Below are positions 26,110 to 40,043 of a stretch of DNA of 64,000 bases, one piece after another. Each line of letters starts with the position of its first letter. The first letter of the stretch is position 1. The notes below the pieces were generated by a model. The model was given only the letters and a program-made list of their open reading frames with translations. It was not told where the DNA came from and ran no database searches. A program made the translations under genes and the position numbers. The stretch spans positions 1,116,001-1,180,000 of the forward strand of contig NW_027138407.1 in NCBI RefSeq assembly GCF_035084215.1. Direction: 5' to 3'. This DNA is from Heptranchias perlo (Eukaryota).

Positions 26110-28505
26110 GCCACTGGAGTGTAGGTGAGAGGTCCTGTCTGTTGGGGGCGGTGTAGAATCGCGGGTCGATGCAGCCACAATGTGCAGCGCGCTGCCAGGT
26201 GCTCAAACGCACACCGAGAGGAAGCCGAATTTAACTGGGATCAAACTGTCACCCAACTGTTTTCAGGAGTGGCCGAGAAAATAAACTGCAGGATATAATC
26301 GATCCGAAAGATTGATCACAGAATGAATGGAACGGTTAAGCTGTCCATTCTGCTTCTGATCATTCGTTTTTCATTTAAATACATTCAGTTGCAAAACAGA
26401 AATACCGATCGTAGTATCAGACGCACTCACTATAGAAAAGTTATTTTATTCCAGCCTGTAACAGTGTGTAAATGCAGCAGGTAGAAGGGAGAAATAAATA
26501 CTGATCATTGATACCCCTCTGTCGATCAACGAACAACATTTATATTCGTGCTTTAAATAACAAAGTAATGATAATAAAAGATGGAACTTCGGTGAGAATG
26601 GAGCCGTTACTTCAAATTGGCTTCTTGTGGAGTGAAAAGAATATATTGTTTGTAAATGCTTCATTGTTTCCGATTTCCCTCCCCGTTGCTCAGTGAACAT
26701 CCACCCATCCTTCCCCGCTGTTGCAACTGGTTACCAAAACTAGGGGCCATAAATATAAAGTAGTCACTATTAGGGATTTCAGGAGAAACTTCTTCACCCA
26801 GAGATCGGTGAGAATGTGGAACTCATTACCACAGGGAGAAGTTGAGTCGAATAGCATTGCTGCATTTAAGGGGAAGCTAGATACGTACATAAGGGAGAAA
26901 GGAACAGAACGTTATGCTGATAGGGTTAGATTAAGAGGGTTGGGAGGAGGCTGGTGTGGAGCATAAACACAGGCATGGACCAGCTGGGCCAAAAGGCCCA
27001 TTTCTTTGCTGTATCTTCTATCAAAATCCATGTCGCGCAATGCGCTGAGCATCCAAAAGGCGGTGCAAGTGTTTCATGCAAGACCGGAAAGAGAATTTCA
27101 AATTGGAAAGTACAAACAGCAAAGGCTGGGCATGCGCAACTTGTCGATCGATCTCCGTGACCAAAAGGAAAAAGTTCACGCTTCAGATAAAGATTCGGCA
27201 TTGGAATTTAATTTCCAAATAAAGAGCGGACTCAACACAATTACTTATCGAGACAATGACCACCGGGGTCTGTCGATACCTATCTTGGAATACTTATTTT
27301 GCGAAAAAAATAATAAAGTTTAATTTGCCTTCAAGTGCAGGAATATGTTATTGTCCCTTTGAAGTAAAGCGTCAATATATAATCTATAAATTAATCTGAT
27401 TTTAGAGTGTAACTGGAAGAAATGAAGATGGAAGAAAGAAGAAAAGAAAGAAGAAATCATATCTTTACAGCGATTATATGAAACTGTTTTAAACTCCAAC
27501 GCATTACAGCAAAAATAGAAAGAAAAGGCTTTAAATTTTGTCATCGATTCTCACAGAAACCATTCAGCGTTCTTCAGAGACAATGGTTTACTTCGGAGTG
27601 CGGTATCAGTGGAAAGAGGAGATTTACTAGAATCGTACCAGGGAAGGGGGAATTCAGGTATGTGGAGATGCTGGAGAAGCTGGCGTTGTTCTCCATAGAG
27701 CAGAGAAGGTTAAGGGAAGAGTTGATAGATATGTTCAAAGTCATGTAGGGTTTTAATAGAGCAAATAAGGAAAAATTGTTTCCGCTGACCGGAAGGTCAC
27801 AGCATTTAATGCAATTGGCAAAAGAGCCCGGGTTGAGATGAGGAGCATTTTTTTACCCACCGAATTATTATGATCTGGACATGCACTGCCTGAAATGGTG
27901 GTGGAAGCAGATTGAATGGTAACTTTCAAAAGGGAAGTGGATAAATACTCGAAGGGGAGATAATTACAGTGCTATGGAGAAAAGCAGGGAGATGTGGGGC
28001 TAAATGGATCGCTCTTGAAAAGACCCGGCACAGCTACGATGGACTGAATGGCCTCTTTCTGTGCTGTAAGATTCAATGATTCTATGATATTCGGGATAAA
28101 GTATAAACATTAATTGTATTTCTATGTAACATTTGCTGTATACATCTATCAAGTTCACTGTCCCTAAATTGGCAACACAGCAATTGTTTCCTACAGCACT
28201 CAAAGATATGAAGGGGCTTGATCGAGTGGATGGGCAGAAACTGTTTCAACTGGTAGGAGGGTCGGTAGCCAGAGGACACCGATTAAAGAAAAGCGCCCAG
28301 TCTGTTCAGTCTTTGCTGATAGGTATAATCTGATCGGTTACCATCGAAATGTACAACTTGTGAAGATTCAAGTGCCCACCTCCAGAGTGAAAAATATCAC
28401 TTCAGGAGAAGTTAACAAAATGCATTACATATGTACGATCTTACTTTCAAGATGCATATTGTCCATAACAATAGGCGGCCAGTAGAGGGAGCCCAACATG
28501 CATAC

Positions 28506-28995
28506 TTTTTTTTATTCGTTCATGGGATGTGGGCGTCGCTGGCGAGGCCGGCATTTATTGCCCATCCCTAATTGCCTTTGAGAAGGTGGTGGTGAGCCGC
28601 CTTCTTTAACCGCTGCAGTCCGTGTGGTGACGGTTCTCCCACTGTGCTGTTAGGAAGGGAGTTCCAGGATTTTGACCCAGCGACGATGAAGGAACGGCGA
28701 TATCTTTCCAAGTCGGGATGGTGTGTGACTTGGAGGGGAACGTGCAGGTGGTGTTGTTCCCATGTACCTGCTGCTCTTGTCCTTCTAGGTGGTAGTGTTC
28801 GCGGGTTTGGGAGGTGCTGTCGAAGAAGCCTTGGTGAGTTGCTGCAGTGCATCCTGTGGATGGTACACACTGCAGCCACTGTCCGCCGGTGGTGAAAGGA
28901 TTGAATGTTTAGGGTGGTCGATGGGGTGCCAATCAAGCGGGCTGCTTTATCTTGGATGGTGTCGAGCTTCTTGAGTGTTGTTGGAGCTTCACTCC
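28506..28995 (-). mobile_element. LINE 3' fragment (37-40 kb family)
   Basis: 122-aa C-terminal ORF ending KAAHHHLLKGN; poly(T) at 28506. Confidence 0.88.
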
Positions 28996-29279
28996 TCCTA
29001 ACAAATGTGGAGAGAAATCGTACAAGAAGAGTAGAGCAATCCAGAACTGATCATATATAAAAAAAAATCTTGTTACCCATAGTTACTGATCAGTTAGTTC
29101 CCACAATTCGAGAATAAAGCTCTGACTGCTGTTCTCTACCTCCTACCCCACCCCACCCCACCACCACCCCATATACTGGATACGAAAAACAAACTGTCAA
29201 TAAAAGTAACAAAATTTGGGTTATTTCTTTTATTGTTAGAAAGGAACTTTGTGTCAATAAAGGCAGATTGAGAGTTTCA

Positions 29280-29935
29280 GATTCTTAATATATCTGCTTG
29301 CTTCATATAAGAGTTAGGATTCAAATGCATTTGGGCTTGAACGGGGCCAAGCTTATTAAACGGATGCTCAACTTTTATAAATCACTGTTTAGGCCTCAGC
29401 TTTAGTATTGCGCCCAATACTGGGCACGACACTTTAGGAAGGATGTCAAGGCCTTGGAGATGGTGCAGAGAAGATTTCTCAAAATGGTACCAGGGATGAG
29501 GGACGTCAGTTATGTGGGCAGGCTGGAGAAGCTGGGGTTGTTCTTTGATCAAAGAACGTAAAGGGGAGAATAGACAGAGGTGTTGAAAATTACGAGAGGT
29601 AATGATGGAGTAAATACGGAGAAACTCTTCCTAGTGGCAGGAGGGTCGGTAACCAAAGGATACAGATTTAAGTAATTGACAAAAAAGTCCATGGGGGAGA
29701 GAAGCAGAATTTTTTTTTAATACAGAGAGTTATTATGACCTGGAATACATTGCCTGAAAGGGTGGTGGAAGCAGATTCAATTTTAGCTTTCAAAGGGGAA
29801 TTGGATGTATACTTGTAAAGGAGAAAATTGCAGGGAGATGGGGATAGAGCAGGGTAGTGGGATTAATGGGATAGCTCATTCAAAAGCCGGCACAGTACGA
29901 TAGGCTGAATGGCCTCCTTCTGTGCTTTATGATTC
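29280..29935 (+). mobile_element. Decayed CR1 3' fragment
   Basis: aggcctcagc..agtattg...tttaggaaggatgtcaaggccttggag...gaatggcctccttctgtgc. Confidence 0.7.
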
Positions 29936-30529
29936 GAAGAAGTGAGGTGTTGATATTTTATGCTTGGCACGTCATTCTACGCTATGACTGCCAATCAATG
30001 ATATTGAAGATGGGGCACCGTTGCACTAAGCTATTTGCAGCAGCTGAGCTCACTGCACACTCTGTTTTAGATTAACTCTCTATGCACTGGACCATCACAT
30101 CCGATTTCAAGTCAGACTCTCCTGCTGATAAATGAACAAACAGGAGCATGAAGTTGGATTGTTTCAATTGTTCTGGAAGAAATAGCACAATACTAAATTT
30201 TGCATTTTTTCTTCCTTCTTTCTTTCATTCATTCTTTCTCTCTATCTTTTTCTTACATTATTTCTTGCTTGCTTTCTTTTTGTCTTTTTTTCTTTCCTAC
30301 TTTCATAATGTTTTAGTTTCTATTTTTATTTTTTCTTTCTTTTTATTTTAAATTTAACGTTTCAATCTTGCTGTTTTCTGGATGTCTTGGTGTCCAGAAG
30401 TAAAACCAAGTCACCGTGAAATTAAAGTAGTACTTGCAGATTAGAAAAGAAAGATTGAAGCAGGAGCTATTTTTATTGGAATAAAGAAGATCAAGTGCTG
30501 AAATGATAGAGCTTTTCAAATTAATTAGA

Positions 30530-32670
30530 GGCTTCAATAGGCAATGGCTAATATTTAAAGAACGTGTGCAGGAATTACAACAATTATTCATTCCAGTCTG
30601 GCGCAAAAATAAAACAGGAAAGGTGGCTCAACAGTGGCTTACAAAAGAAATTGGGGACAGTATTAAATCCAAAGAGGGGACATATAAAATTGTAAGAAAA
30701 AGTGGCAAGCCTGAGGATTGGGAGCAGTTCAGAATTCAGCAAAGGAGGACAAAGAGATTGATTAAGAGGGGGAAAATAGAGTATGTGAGTAAACTAGCAG
30801 GGAACATAAAAACTGACTGTAAAAGCTTCTATAAAAATGTCAAGAGAAAAAGATTAGTGAAGACAAATGTCGGTCCCTTACAGTCAGAAATGGGGGAATT
30901 TATAATGGGGAACAAAGAAATGGCAGAAGAATTAAACACATACTTTGGTTCTGTCTTCAATAAGGAGGACACAAATAACCTGCCAGAAATGTTAGGGGAC
31001 CGAGGGTCTAGTGCGAGGGAGGAACTGAAGAATACCAGTATTAGTGAGAAAATAGTGCTTGTTAAATTAATGGAGCTAAAAGCTAACAAATCCCCAAGGG
31101 CCTGATAATCGACATCCCAGAGTACTAAAAGAAGTGGCCCTGGAAATAGTGGATGCATTGGTCATCATCTTCCAAAATTCTATCGACTCTGGAACAGTTC
31201 CTACAAATTGGAAGGTGGCAAATGTAACCCCACTATTTAACAAAGGAGGGAGAGAAAGAAAAGGGAATTACATACCAGTTAGGCTAACATCAGTCGTGTG
31301 GAAATGCTAGAGTCTGTTATAAAAGATGTGATAACATAACACTTGAAGGGCATTAACGGGATTGGACAAAGTCAGCATGGGTTTATGAAAGGGAAATCAT
31401 GCTTAACAAATCTACTGGAGTTTTTTGAGGATGTAACTAGTAGAATAGATAGGGGAGAACTAGTGGATGTGGTGAATTTGGATTTTCAGAAGGCTTTTGA
31501 TAAGGTCCCACACAATAGGTTAGTGTGCAAAATTAAAGCACATGGGATTGGTGGATTATACTGGCATGGATTGAGAATCGGTTGACAGACAGGAAACAGA
31601 GAGTAGGAATAAACTGGCCATTTTCCGGGTGGTAGGCAGTGACTAGTGGGGTGCCGCAGGGATCAGTGCTTTGGCCCGAGCTGGTCACAATATGCATCAA
31701 TGATTTGGATGAGGGAACGAAATGCAACATTTCCTAGTTTGCAGATGACACAAGGTGGAATGTGAGCTGTGAGGAGGGTGCAAAGAGACTCCAATGTGAT
31801 TTCGACAAGTTGGGTGAGTGGGCAAGAACATGGCAGATGCAGTATAACGTGGGTAAATGTGAGGTTATCCACTTTGGTTGTAAAAACAGAAAGGCAGATT
31901 ATTTTCTGAATGGTAGTAGATTGGGAAAAGGGGAGGTGCAAGGAGACCTGGGTGTCCTTGTACATCAATCACTGAAAGCAAGCAATCAGGTGCAGCAAGC
32001 AATTCGGAAGGCGAATGGTATGTTGGCGTTCATTGCAAGAGGATTTGAGTACAGGAGCAGGGATGTCTTACTGCAGTTATACAGGGCCTTGGTGAGACCA
32101 CATCTGGAGTATTGTGTGCAGTTTTGATATCCTAATCTGAGGAAGGATGGCCTTGCCATGGAGGGGGTGCAACGATTGTTTACCAGACTGATTCCTGGGA
32201 TGGCAGGACTGACGTATGAGGAGAGATTGGGTCCACTGGGCCTATATTCACTAGAGTTTAGAAGAATGAGAGGTGATTTCATTGAAACATATAAAATTCC
32301 AACAGGACTAGACAGATTAGATACAGGGAGGATATTCCCAATGGCTGGGGAGTCCAGAACCAGGGATCACAGTCTCAGGATACGGGGTATGCCCTTTAGA
32401 ACCGAGATGAGGAGAAATTTCTTCACTCAGAGGGTGGTGAACCTGTGGAATTTTCTCCTACACAAGGCAGTGGAGGCCAATTCATTAGATTTATTCAATA
32501 AGGAGACAGATATATTTATGAATGTTAACGGGATCAATGGATATGGGGAAAAAGCGGGAACATGGTACTGTGTTAGGCCATCAGCCATGATCATTTTGAA
32601 AGGCGGAACAGGCCCAAAGGGCCGAATGGCCTACTCTTGGTCCTATTTACTATGTATCTATGTTTCTACG
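30530..32670 (+). mobile_element. CR1-clade LINE, 5'-truncated ORF2, frameshifted
   Basis: SQHGFMKGKSCLTNLLEFFE, DFQKAFDKVPH, LYRALVRPHLEYCVQF, RRNFFTQRVVNLW; short tandem tail. Confidence 0.92.
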
Positions 32671-33544
32671 TTAATAAATTAAATAGGGGCAAAATATATT
32701 ACCAATAGCCAGTCTAAAACTAAATTTAACATCGCCACAAAAAATTAAGGAGAAACCTCTTGTCCCAGATAGTGGTAAGAATACGGACCTCACTCCCACG
32801 TGGACTGTTTGAGGCGTAGATCATTGGTGCCTTTAAGGGAAGCTCGACAAGTACATGAAGGAGATAAAGCAGGGTGAGAGGATGCTCGTGTGGAGCATAA
32901 ACAACGGCATGGACCTGTTAGGCTGAATAGCCTGTTTCCGTGTTGTAAATTCTTGGAACAAAAAGAATGAAGGAATTCATTAAGGCAAGATATTCTGGCA
33001 GAAACAATGATGGACGTAGAATTCATAGTTGTTTTCAAAGGAAAACAGGAATAAATGTTCAAGCTAAAAAAAAGTGGCCTGAGGAAAATACAGGATAAAT
33101 GGGACTTGGAGGATAACGCTTTTAAAATTCATAGATTCATTTCAAGGGAAGCTAGAGAAGTACATGAGGGAGAAAGGAATAGGAAGTTATATGGATAGGG
33201 TGAGATTAATAGGCTCGAGTGGAGCATAAACACCGGCATAGACCAATTGGACCGAATGGTACGTTGCTGCGCTGTATATTTTAGGGGAAAAAAACAACAG
33301 AGCGGACCGAATGACCATGTTATGTGTTGTAAAATGCAATGAATTTATGAAAAACTAAGGGATTGTAACTCAGAGACGTATTATTTCTGAAAAGCCCATA
33401 ACCTGAACCAAATTATGATAGCAGAAATGCAATAGGAGGCATTAAATGTCATCGTGTGTCTGTTTCAAATCTTGATATTATTGTCATGTAGGTTAGCTTT
33501 CACTTACAATTAGCCAAAATGTTTCGATACATTCGCCCTTTGAT

Positions 33545-33945
33545 CAGAAGGCCACTCTGGAGACTTGAACACCAAATCTAAATCGACAATCGCGGTGCAA
33601 TCCAAGGCGAAGTGCTCCACTGTCGGAGGCGCCGTCTTTCGGATGAGACGTTAAACGGAGGCCCCGTCTGTCCTCTCGGGTAGACGTAAAATGTACCATG
33701 GCAGTATTTGGAATAAGTGATCTCCCCGGTGTCTTGGCCAATATTTATCCCTCAAACAATACCATCAAAACAGATTCTCTGGTCATTATCACGCTTTTAA
33801 TGGGATCTTGCTGTGTGCGAATTGGATGCCGGTTTCTGACATTACAACAATGACTACACTTCACAAAGTACTCCCTTGGTTGTAAAGCGCTTTGGGACGT
33901 CCTGGAATAGTGAAAGTCGAAATGTAAATGCAAGTTCTTTCTTAC
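33545..33945 (-). mobile_element. tRNA-derived SINE body and tail (orientation as read is most likely +; head decayed)
   Basis: Similar to 62977-63420 (gccgtctttcggatgagacgttaaac...gtaaagcgctttgggacgtcctg); strand uncertain. Confidence 0.5.
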
Positions 33946-34889
33946 TTTCTATCTTTCTTTTAACTGCTACGTCGTACACGTCTGGTCTCGGGGCAAATGA
34001 CTGAAACCTACTTTCGGAGTACATAATAAACCTGTCTGTTGTTCGGATGCTCACTCAGGATGTACTTTAATCGGAGGGTTATGATAGGAGTAATCAACGC
34101 AAGTGGAATAATAGTCAACATAGTCTTGGAGTCAGCGCATTTCCCATTCGCGTCCATTCACCCACTGGTGTTTAAATTGAGGTCGAAGGCCCAAAGCGCT
34201 CTCTAAGTTCCATTCCCTTTTTGAAAGGAGGTGAAGAGAAGACCCGCTTGGTGAACAATTGGTGATAAAGTGAGAACAGGTTTGGGCCTGAAAAGCTCGT
34301 AGGCTGTCAGAGGAAGGGAAGAGTGTGGAGTGGACTTGCACATCTGAAAGCTCTGGGAAAGAATGAGACAGTATACCGTGATCCTATGAACCGTGGGCGA
34401 TAGAAGTATAGAACATTCCAGTACAAGAGCAGAACATTGGGTACATGAACTCTGTCCCGGTGTTGTTTTCACACGACTCGGGGTCCAGCCGATTCTTGAG
34501 GGCGAATGTAACAGGTGCAAATCTACCCTGCTAAATTTCTGCCTAAAAGCGGTTTGCTCACTGCATTCTGGGCTAGTTTTTAGCCTTTAAGCATCGCCCG
34601 GACGGGGCACAACAAAAGACATCTGCAGGATTGATTGGAACGCCTCCTCCAGAACCTACCGGATTTTGTTCCGCTAATTTCAATGGAGGGATAATCAGGC
34701 GGGCTCTCTTCCTGATGTGGCTATAATTACTGCCCATCCAGAGTTCCCCGAGGACATTCAGAGCAAACCACGTACTGTGAGATTGAAGTCACATGTATGT
34801 CATACCGAATGGGATGGGCAACCCCTATCGACCGGCGGGGCGGTCCACACCCCTGGGATCCAACTGCCTTTCTTCCTCCACAATCTAGG

Positions 34890-35310
34890 GCCACGGAAGC
34901 CTTCTCCCCCTTGCCAGCTTTCCATGCTTCCCTCCACCTCTGCTATTCTACTCTAACCACTGACATCTCAGGATCTACCTTTTGTTTCTTTACTTGTCCC
35001 ATTGCCTTTTCCCTTGCACCATAATCCCCTTTGTCAGTAAAAGATCTAAACATCTTCTGCCGCTCCATCCAGCACAGAGATTCCCTTTTGTTCTTTCCCT
35101 GCACGCACCCCCCCCCCCCCCGCCCCGCTTTTAACCCCTGGCTTTGTACTTTCTTAAAAGCTGTTGGTCTGTAACATGCTCCAGTTCTCGTGAAAGGTCA
35201 TCGACCTGAAACGTTAACTCTGTTTCTCTCTGGACAGATCATGCCTGATCTGCTGAGTGTTTCCAGCATTTTCTGTTTTTATTTCAGATTTTCAGCATCC
35301 GCAATAATCT
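34890..35310 (+). mobile_element. Penelope-like terminal fragment
   Basis: Similar to 19960-20340 (gaaaggtcatcgacctgaaacgttaactctgtttctctc). Confidence 0.65.
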
Positions 35311-37360
35311 GTTCATGCATTGGGGCAGGTGGATGCCCTGAAAGGCATTAGTGGCCCATTTCTGCTATTACCACAATCCCGTTGTTTTCATTGTAATGTT
35401 ATCTGGTACTAGCTTGGAAATTAATAGATGTTTTAAAAATTCAATTTCACAATTTCCAATGGTGGGATTTGTACTCATCACGTCTATATGGATTTTTGAA
35501 GGAAGGGAAGACTAAGGGGGCTGAGAAGGAATTGCTCCTAAATATCCTTCGTGGAAGCAGACGAACATGTAACAATTAAAACGTTAAATTCGGTGATAGC
35601 TTGTGTAAAGTATACAAACATATTGATCAAACCGGTACTGTATGGTTGCATTCACAATTTACATTTTAATGTTGATCCAGCCGACAAAGTCATAGATTGT
35701 GAAGAGACTAGAGAAACTGGGATTCTTCTCCTTAGAGCAAAAAAGGTTAAGGGGAGATTTGATAGAGGTGTTCAAAATGATATGGGGTTTTCATGAAGTC
35801 AATAGGGAGAAACTGTTTCCAGTGGCAGAAGGGTAGGTAACTAGAGGACACAGATTTAAAATAATTAGCAAATACATGCAGGGAGGAAATGAGGATGATT
35901 TGTTTACGCAGCAAGTTGTTAAGAGCTGGAATGCGCTCCCTAAAATGATGGTGGATGCAGTTTCAACAGTAACTTTCAAAAGTAACTTGGAAAAATACTT
36001 GAAAAGTAAAAATTGGCAGGGCTATGGGGAAAGAGCAGTGGGGAGTGGGACTAATTGGATAAATCTTTCAAAGACCCGGCACAGACCCGATGAGCCGAAT
36101 GGCCTCCTTCTGTGCTGTATGATTCTACGATTTCCGGTAACAAACAAGTGCAGTCACAGGACTGCAACCGAGCCATTTTTTTGATGGACTTTTGTTGCAT
36201 CCTAAAAACAGATAAAATTTATGCTGTAAAAAACTGCCCCAATCAGTGTTGCCCAGAAAGTCACTTGCTATTATTTTATATTCTTGCTTATTGCAACATC
36301 CGCCCTCCCCTCCCCCGCCTAACTGCCACCTCGCTGCTTTAGATTCCAGCCCCAGGCGATTAAACGGCAGTTGGCCTGTATGTTTAAACTGACAGATTAC
36401 ACGACCGTGTTCGCTGAAACCGCACCATCAACCCATTTCCTGCTGCCCTTGGTTGCCTTGTCAACGAGGCTCCGGCTCCTCCAGTGAAGAGGCAAATCGT
36501 GAATCGTTATTTCTTAACAGGTGCGGTCGAAACACATAGCTTAAAGTCAATTATCCCTCCTGCTGCCGCTTGATTTTTAAAAAAATTTGAAAAATTAAGT
36601 CTGGTGACTGATCCAGCGGCGGAGACTTTTGTATTGTACAATAACTTCAGATCAGAGACCCAAAAAGTTGCCCTGAAATTTAAAGAGAAAGGCAACTCAT
36701 TCTATATGTCGACCAAAATTAAATCCTTTATTCACATTGCGTTACAAGTGGGAAAATAGATTTGAAACCGCGCATCATTACATTTACCAAATATATTGAT
36801 GATTAATGGCAGTACATCCAAATATTCACGGAGAAAACGATTACAGTAGAGAAAAACAGTATCCACTCGCTGCCAATCGAGAAGAAAGAGCATCATTAAA
36901 GCCAGAACGAGAGAACAGCTACGGGATATTTTAAATCTCGCCTTCCTGGTAACAATTCAGACACGACTCTTGAGTTGAATGCTTTGCTCCCAAAGCAGAC
37001 AGATGTCTGTCAAAGAAATCCATCTGGCGCTTTTAAATGATATGAAATAAAAAAAACTAAAATAACTTTCAAAGTAAAGCAAACATTTGCAGGAGTTTGG
37101 GGAAAGAGCAGGGTGAGTGGGACTAATTGGAAAGCTCTTTTAAAGAGCCGGCACAGGCACGATGGGCCCAATGTCCTCAGTCTGTGCTGTAAGATGCCAT
37201 GATTCGAAGAAAAGCATGTCAAATTGTGTATTTATTTGAATCTAAAATGCTATTTTGAAAATGTTCTTTTGACTGATTCAAGCTTAAAACATAATTGTGT
37301 GCTCTACATATTTAAATCTATGATTTTCACGCATGTAATAAATTTGTTTACCTAGTATAT

Positions 37361-40043
37361 TTTTTTATTCGTTCACGGGATGTGGGCGTCGCTGGCAAGG
37401 CCGGCATTTATTGCCCATCCCTAATTGCCCTCGAGAAGGTGGTGGTGAGCCGCCTTCTTGAACCGCTGCAGTCCGTGTGGTGACGGTTCTCCCACAGTGC
37501 TGTTAGGAAGGGAGTTCCAGGATTTTGACCCAGCGACAATGAAGGAACGGCGATATATTTCCAAGTCGGGATGGTGTGTGACTTGGAGGGGAACGTGCAG
37601 GTGGTGTTGTTCCCATGCGCCTGCTGCCCTTGTCCTTCGAGGTGGTAGAGGTCGCGGGTTTGGGAGGTGCTGTCGAAGAAGCCTTGGCGAGTTGCTGCAG
37701 TGCATCCTGTGGATGGTGCACACTGCAGCCACAGTGCGCCGGTGGTGAAGGGAGTGAATGTTTAGGGTGGTGGATGGGGTGCCAATCAAGCGGGCTGCTT
37801 TATCTTGGATGGTGTCGAGCTTCTTGTGTGTTGTTGGAGCAACACTCATCCAGGCAAGTGGAGAGGATTCCATCACACTCCTGACTTGTGCCTTGTAGAT
37901 GGTGGAAAGCCTTTGGGGAGTCAGGAGGTGAGTCACTCGCCGCAGAATACCCAGCCTCTGACCTGCTCTCGTAGCCACAGTATTTATATGGCTGGTCCAG
38001 TTAAGTTTCTGGTCAATGGTGACCCCCAGGATGTTGATGGTGGGGGATTCGGCGATGGTAATGCCGTTGAATGTCAAGGGGAGGTGGTTAGACTCTCTCG
38101 TGTTGGAGATGGTCATTGCCTGGCACTTATCTGGCGCGAATGTTACTTGCCACTTATGAGCCCAAGCCTGGATGTTGTCCAGGTCTTGCTGCATGCAGGC
38201 TCGGACTGCTTCATTATCTGAGGGGTTGCGAATGGAACTGAACACTGTGCAGTCATCAGCGAACATCCCCATTTCTGACCTTATGATGGAGGGAAGGTCA
38301 TTGATGAAGCAGCTGAAGATGGTTGGGCCTAGGACACTGCCCTGAGGAACTCCTGCAGCAATGCCCTGGGGCTGAGATGATTGGCCTCCAACAACCATTA
38401 CCATCTTCCTTTGTGCTAGGTATGACTCCAGCCACTGGAGAGTTTTCCCCCTGATTCCCATTGACTTCAATTTTACGAGGGCTCCTTGGTGCCACACTCG
38501 GTCAAATGCTGCCTTGATGTCAAGGGCAGTCACTCTCACCTCACGTCTGGAATTCAGCTCTTTTGTCCATGTTTGGACCAAGGCTGTAATGAGGTCTGGA
38601 GCCGAGTGGTCCTGGCGGAACCCAAACTGAGCATCGGTGAGCAGGTTATTGGTGAGTAAGTGCCGCTTGATAGCACTGTCGACGACACCTTCCATCACTT
38701 TGCTGATGATTAAGAGTAGACTGATGGGGCGGTAATTGGCCGGATTGGATTTGTCCTGCTTTTTGTGGACAGGACATACCTGGGCAATTTTCCACATTGT
38801 CGGGTGCATGCCAGTGTTGTAGCTGTACTGGAACAGCTTGGCTAGAGGCGCAGCTAGTTCTGGAGCACAAGTCTTCAGCACTACAGCTGGGATGTTGTCG
38901 GGGCCCATAGCCTTTGCTGTATCCAGTGCACTCAGCCGTTTCTTGATATCACGTGGAGTTAATCGAATTGGCCGAAGAATGGCTTCCGTGATGGTGGGGA
39001 TATCGGGAGGAGGCTGAGATGGATTATCCACTCGGCACTTCTGGCTGAAGATGGTTGCTAACGCTTCAGCCTTGTCTTTTGCACTCAAGTGCTGGACTCC
39101 GCCATCATTGAGAATGTGGATGTTTGCAGAGCCTCCTCCTCCTGTTAGTTGTTTAATTGTCCACCACCATTCACGACTGGATGTGGCAGGACTGCAGAGC
39201 TTTGATCTGATCCGTTGGTTGTGGAATCGCTTAGCTCTGTCTATAGCATGTTGCTTCCGCTGTTTAGCATGCATGTAGTCCTGAGTTGTAGCTTCACCAG
39301 GTTGGCACCTCATTTTTAGGTACGCCTGGTGCTGCTCCTGGCATGCTCTTCTACACTCCTCATTGAACCAGAGTTGATCCCCTGGCTTGTTGGTAATGGT
39401 AGAGTGAGGAATATGCCGGGCCATGAGTTTACAGATTGTGGTGGAATACAATTCTGCTGCTGCTGATGGCCCACAGCGCTTCATGGATGCCCAGTTTTGA
39501 GCTGCTAGATCTGTTCTGAATCTATCCCATTTAGCACGGTGGTAGTGCCACACAACACGTTGGATGGTGTCCTCAGTGCGAAGACGGGATTTCATCTCCA
39601 CGAGGACTGTGCGGTGGTCACTCCTACCAATACTGTCATGGACAGATGCATTTGCGACAGGTAGATTGGTGAGGACGAGGTCAAGTAAGTTTTTCCCTCG
39701 TGTTGGTTCGCTCACCACCTGCCGCAGGCCCAGTCTAGCAGCTATGTCCTTCAGGACTTGGCCAGCTCGGTCAGTAGTGGTGCTACCGAGCCACTCTTGG
39801 TGATGGATATTGAAGTCCCCCACCCAGAGTACATTTTGTGCCCTTGCTACCCTCAGTGCTTCCTCCAAGTGGTGTTCAACATGGAGGAGGACTGATTCAT
39901 CAGCTGAGGGAGGACGGTAGGTGGTAATCAGCAGGAGGTTTCCTTGCCCATGTATGACCTGATGCCATGAGATTTCATGGGGTCCAGAGTCAATGTTGAG
40001 GACTCCCAGGGCCACTCCCTCCTGACTGTATATCACTGTACCG
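37361..40043 (-). mobile_element. Young LINE (CR1/L2 group), slightly 5'-truncated, uninterrupted 879-aa endonuclease-RT ORF (37421-40060)
   Basis: YRPP, GDFN and SDH endonuclease motifs; NYRPISLL, DIKAAFDRV, PQGSVLGP and FADD RT motifs; no stops; poly(T) on + at 37361. Confidence 0.95.
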